Of a stretch of DNA of 64,000 bases, positions 61,301 to 64,000 are shown in pieces. The notes beneath the pieces are model-generated. The model was given only the letters and a program-made list of their open reading frames with translations. It did not search any database and had not been told where the DNA came from. A program made the translations under genes and the position numbers. The stretch spans positions 62,001-126,000 of the forward strand of contig NMRA01000258.1 in NCBI GenBank assembly GCA_002633005.1, given 5' to 3'. Source of the stretch: Phoronis australis. Its lineage: Eukaryota > Animalia > Phoronida. The stretch's first letter is position 1. Each line of letters begins with the position of its first letter.

Positions 61301-63417
61301 TAGTTACTAGACAAATAATATGGAACTACAGTCATTTAATTACTGAAAAGGGCACAGCAAGATATTAATGACAATAGCCAAATTAAATGCACTGACATTG
61401 AGTCTTGAAATTACTCTGTAGATAACAAATAATCAGTAAAAGGAGAGTGGCCTGGACATCGCCATGGCTTAATTCTGTCTTAATAGAGATGAGCCCCTGA
61501 TTATATTGTCTTGTGCATGATGTCCTAAATGTTGGACTGCTGAAGTTAGAGTTGCATGAAGGAATCACTCGTGTCTAAGATAAATAATTGTCGTGATAGC
61601 CCTAGTCTCTGTTGTGAGGTTAAAAGATTGTAAATTTTGGGATACTTTACTTACCCAATGTAGTGACACACCTCTATGGATATCAAACATTTTCCAGCTT
61701 CTGGACCAACTGTCCATGAAAAAGTCCGGTGGCAGTGGACCCATTGCCAAGAAAATCTTTGATCGTTACGGTAACGAGATTACGAGCATCAGTGACCTTG
61801 AGACGGACCAGTGTGTTTGGGTATCCTATGGTGAAGCATTCAAAAGTCCTTACAGTAAGTGATGGTTGAGGCTGCCTTCTAAGGGGGCAATTAACCTACC
61901 ACATGGGTATGTTGTGACCCAGAAGTGCGCCGTTTGCCCGTTGCTTGTCGTCGCTCTAGCTCCTGTAATGTTGATCAGATTTCGATCAAATTTGGCTCAC
62001 ATCTGCATATCACCAATATTCTTTAGAAATTCAATGTTTCTGACAAAACTTAGCCCCTTGTTTGACTTTTTGTGTCTTACATGGTGTGTTTTATATTTTT
62101 GTTAACTTGAAAGCAGATGGACAGATTCGACTAAGTACTGCTTTGGTTCCTAATGGCAGTTTGTTTTCTTTTACGTTTTTGCCTTATCTTTGGAGTTCTT
62201 TAACAGAATGAAATTTGGCCAATAGTTTTGAGTATGATGTGAACAATGGACTTCTTTTTCGTAACGAAGGAGTCCTGTTCAACATACATTCACATCTAAT
62301 ACTGTTGTTGCATCCTCATAAAGGATATGTCCCGAGTTGAATTTGCTGCAGTGTTGCGGTTTGTGGCGAATGTCTCATTCTTACCTTAGAGCCTATAATG
62401 GCAGGTGTACCAAGATGAATTTACACAATGGATGACTTCCACATTTTTTAAAATTCATTGATAAATACAAAAGGTTGAATGTTATGCTGGATTTGTTTGT
62501 GTTATGACCCCACACCACTGCAGTAAATTAGCTGTTAACCTATTTTCAGACTATGTAGTTTTGATTGAAACTATGTACTAAGTTAACACCACTTGAATCT
62601 TGCTCTATGAACACTTTATATTATATTAACATTGGCCACTAGTACTGTAATGTTGTTGTTTAAGTTTACATTTAATCATTTCATTGTTGTGTTTTGTTGT
62701 CATTCCAGCTTATGTTCTCCAAGTTATGTTTGACAAAGCTGCAGGTGTGAACATGTATAATGAAAAACAAACGGCATATCGTGAGCAACTGGTGGATGAA
62801 GATGTCAAGGATGTGACGTAAGCTATCATCTGTTTGCACATTACTGTGTTAGGTCCAAAAACATTTAACTAAAAATATTTATTTTCTGTCGATTGTTAGC
62901 AGCCGCTTATCGGCTTTTCATCGGTTGGTTGCAAAGTTTTAAATTAAAATCATGACACAATTTTACAAGTTTCGCCAATGAATATCGGTCAAGTTGATTC
63001 CAAACGAAAGCAACTAATGAATTCCTCTTTATGTTCCAAATACAGTATCTGCCTTTTTGTGGAAATCTTAACACACAAGACTCAAAAACTTGTCATTTTT
63101 TGTTAACAGTTCCACTTGTGACAAAGGTTCAATCATGATACAATGCGTTGTTTTGTGGACCACAATTACACTCCCCTAATGAAGAAGGTTTTAGACACCC
63201 AAAACCAGCATGAGATTCTTTGGAGGTTTGAAATTGTTTTCATTCAGAAATAATTATTTTTTTCAGTTCTTCTGACTTTGATGCTTGCATTGGTCTTCCT
63301 ATTGAGTATGAATGTAAAGAGATCGATGACTCGACTAACCCTGTGGAAAGAGAACATATCAAGGATGTACTGAATGTCAGTGAAATCAGTCCCAACAGTC
63401 ACTTCCTGAAAAATAAG
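49159..63417 (+). CDS. DCDC1: Doublecortin domain-containing protein 1-like (DCDC1/DCDC5), first 15 coding exons, continues beyond window
   Basis: Exons: 49159-49325, 50259-50525, 53620-53764, 54113-54275, 55027-55132, 55577-55682, 56740-56833, 57568-57734, 58653-58751, 59534-59623, 60474-60560, 60794-60910, 61698-61854, 62709-62817, 63267-63417, all ag/gt and phase-compatible. ATAFKNGTRDVYARIAVPSIKMLLEMCTTKLQLTSAARRVFLDDG...IYISQGEDFKNPY matches the DCX domain of vertebrate DCDC1. Confidence 0.88.
50259..50525 (+). CDS. DCDC1: DCDC1-like coding exon 2
   Basis: DKQTPSPYLQKLP...RRRPLSAPAAKY. Confidence 0.75.
51244..52150 (+). mobile_element. HINE/DINE-like non-autonomous element with (GTCCGGC)n microsatellite and internal subrepeats
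   Basis: Starts tttttatgcacc..., followed by gtccggcgtc repeats (51290-51352) and recurring aaatttgg/ccacctagtgg blocks. Confidence 0.55.
53620..53764 (+). CDS. DCDC1: DCDC1-like coding exon 3
   Basis: RPVSAYTSPCG...ATAFKNGTRDVYARIAVPSIKM. Confidence 0.88.
54113..54275 (+). CDS. DCDC1: DCDC1-like coding exon 4
   Basis: LLEMCTTKLQLTSAARRVFLDDGLEVWHVEDIPRDSEIYISQGEDFKNPYKTAK. Confidence 0.9.
55027..55132 (+). CDS. DCDC1: DCDC1-like coding exon 5
   Basis: NNKLKASASWTMNGVVFQNEPKKRKKKCMLSKRF. Confidence 0.85.
55577..55682 (+). CDS. DCDC1: DCDC1-like coding exon 6
   Basis: ELNFGAGKTRRVLVFRNGKGVEPIEVVANLDNYDE. Confidence 0.85.
55860..56300 (+). mobile_element. Putative HINE/DINE-like element
   Basis: T-rich start, short hairpin (gccgaaggc), then (ctgtcc/catc) microsatellite; boundaries approximate. 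Confidence 0.35.
56740..56833 (+). CDS. DCDC1: DCDC1-like coding exon 7
   Basis: FLIPCTAKLNLTSHAKILFDWEGNEIFDLHD. Confidence 0.87.
57568..57734 (+). CDS. DCDC1: DCDC1-like coding exon 8
   Basis: PVLDKCLQTWTTPVLGPVWVSLGEGFSPSGV...EHYKSQ. Confidence 0.87.
58222..58447. repeat. Degenerate ~28-bp tandem repeat (~8 units)
   Basis: taacggcgcttggacagggtacattcaa-like units. Confidence 0.8.
58653..58751 (+). CDS. DCDC1: DCDC1-like coding exon 9
   Basis: LELTKGGDEERAKITITAILSMSRTEVDETLNI. Confidence 0.8.
59133..59281. repeat. 39-bp tandem repeat x~4
   Basis: cacaatattctggccaatgagaaggactggttcaagtca. Confidence 0.9.
59534..59623 (+). CDS. DCDC1: DCDC1-like coding exon 10
   Basis: VEKDIEDHNSAISRMKSQLKKIKEGAGEEQ. 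Confidence 0.8.
59952..60003. repeat. (GTTACATATT)x5
   Basis: Direct reading. Confidence 0.9.
60474..60560 (+). CDS. DCDC1: DCDC1-like coding exon 11
   Basis: FEGHEYRMKHIKKFETNDRIVGTAGIKLK. Confidence 0.8.
60794..60910 (+). CDS. DCDC1: DCDC1-like coding exon 12
   Basis: VYDNGTDDQEHVMYFNMRDLTKGMKAMTADEKKKMMMER. Confidence 0.8.
61698..61854 (+). CDS. DCDC1: DCDC1-like coding exon 13
   Basis: LLDQLSMKKSGGSGPIAKKIFDRYGNEITSISDLETDQCVWVSYGEAFKSPY (DCX-like). Confidence 0.87.
62709..62817 (+). CDS. DCDC1: DCDC1-like coding exon 14
   Basis: YVLQVMFDKAAGVNMYNEKQTAYREQLVDEDVKDV. Confidence 0.78.
63267..63417 (+). CDS. DCDC1: DCDC1-like coding exon 15
   Basis: SSDFDACIGLPIEYECKEIDDSTNPVEREHIKDVLNVSEISPNSHFLKNK. 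Confidence 0.78.
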
Positions 63418-63597
63418 GTCAGTTTTGGAGTGAAGTCAAGGTGACACAGTGTTCAAATCATATTTGACTGTTTGAACTACCTTCCACATACAGGTCACAC
63501 AAAACCTTATTGTACAAAATTATGGAGAATATTCCACGCCTTCAAACTTACACAAGTGCAAGTGGAACTGTCAAAGTAGCTGGAATGAAGAGTCATG

Positions 63598-64000
63598 GCA
63601 GGTCATTTCTCATGATGACTGGTCATTACTAGTGATGATAGGTCATAACTTATCATGAAGGTCATTACTCATCATGAGGGTCAATACTCATCATAACAGG
63701 TCATTACTCATCTTGAGAGGTCATTACTCATCATGAAAGGTCATAACTGCTCATCTTGACAGGTCATTGCTCATCATCACAGGTCATTACTTATCGTGAC
63801 TGGTCATTACTAATGATGATAGGTCATAACTTATCGTGACAGGTTATTACTCAATCATGACTGGTCATTACCCATCATGACAGGTCATTACTTATCATGA
63901 CAGGTCAATACTCATCATGACTGTCATTACTCATCATGATTGTCATTAATCATCTTGACAGGTCATTGCTCATCATCACAGGTCATTACTCATCCTGACA
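63598..64000. repeat. Degenerate ~20-bp minisatellite running off the window end
   Basis: caggtcattactcatcatga-like units. Confidence 0.88.

Overview
Eukaryotic, intron-rich invertebrate genomic DNA. It resembles a marine deuterostome such as an acorn worm, lancelet or echinoderm, but the species cannot be determined from the sequence. From left to right: (1) the last two coding exons of a nuclear-receptor ligand-binding domain (+, 88-647) ending without a helix-12/AF-2 motif; (2) a repeat-rich interval with a Penelope relic, MITE/HINE-like elements and a TSD-flanked, RT-deleted LINE (7421-9819) with a virus-like 2A motif (DIEVNPGP) in front of its APE endonuclease; (3) a head-to-head pair of paralogous two-exon genes (12004-13571 -, 16288-17791 +) encoding secreted proteins with a signal peptide, a Cys/His-patterned coiled coil and a Caspr/neurexin-IV-type fibrinogen-like domain; (4) a complete 23-coding-exon AP-2 alpha-adaptin gene (-, 19696-45834, ~944 aa) with a U12 AT-AC intron, three tandem duplications straddling splice sites, and a ~3-kb duplicated segment. 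That segment is probably two haplotypes joined at an N, and it exposes VNTR, retro-insertion and DNA-transposon polymorphisms; (5) a probable bidirectional promoter (~47.6-48.0 kb) and the first 15 coding exons of a DCDC1-like gene (+, 49159 to beyond 63417). All exon coordinates were read by hand from splice signals and frame continuity; no database search was run.
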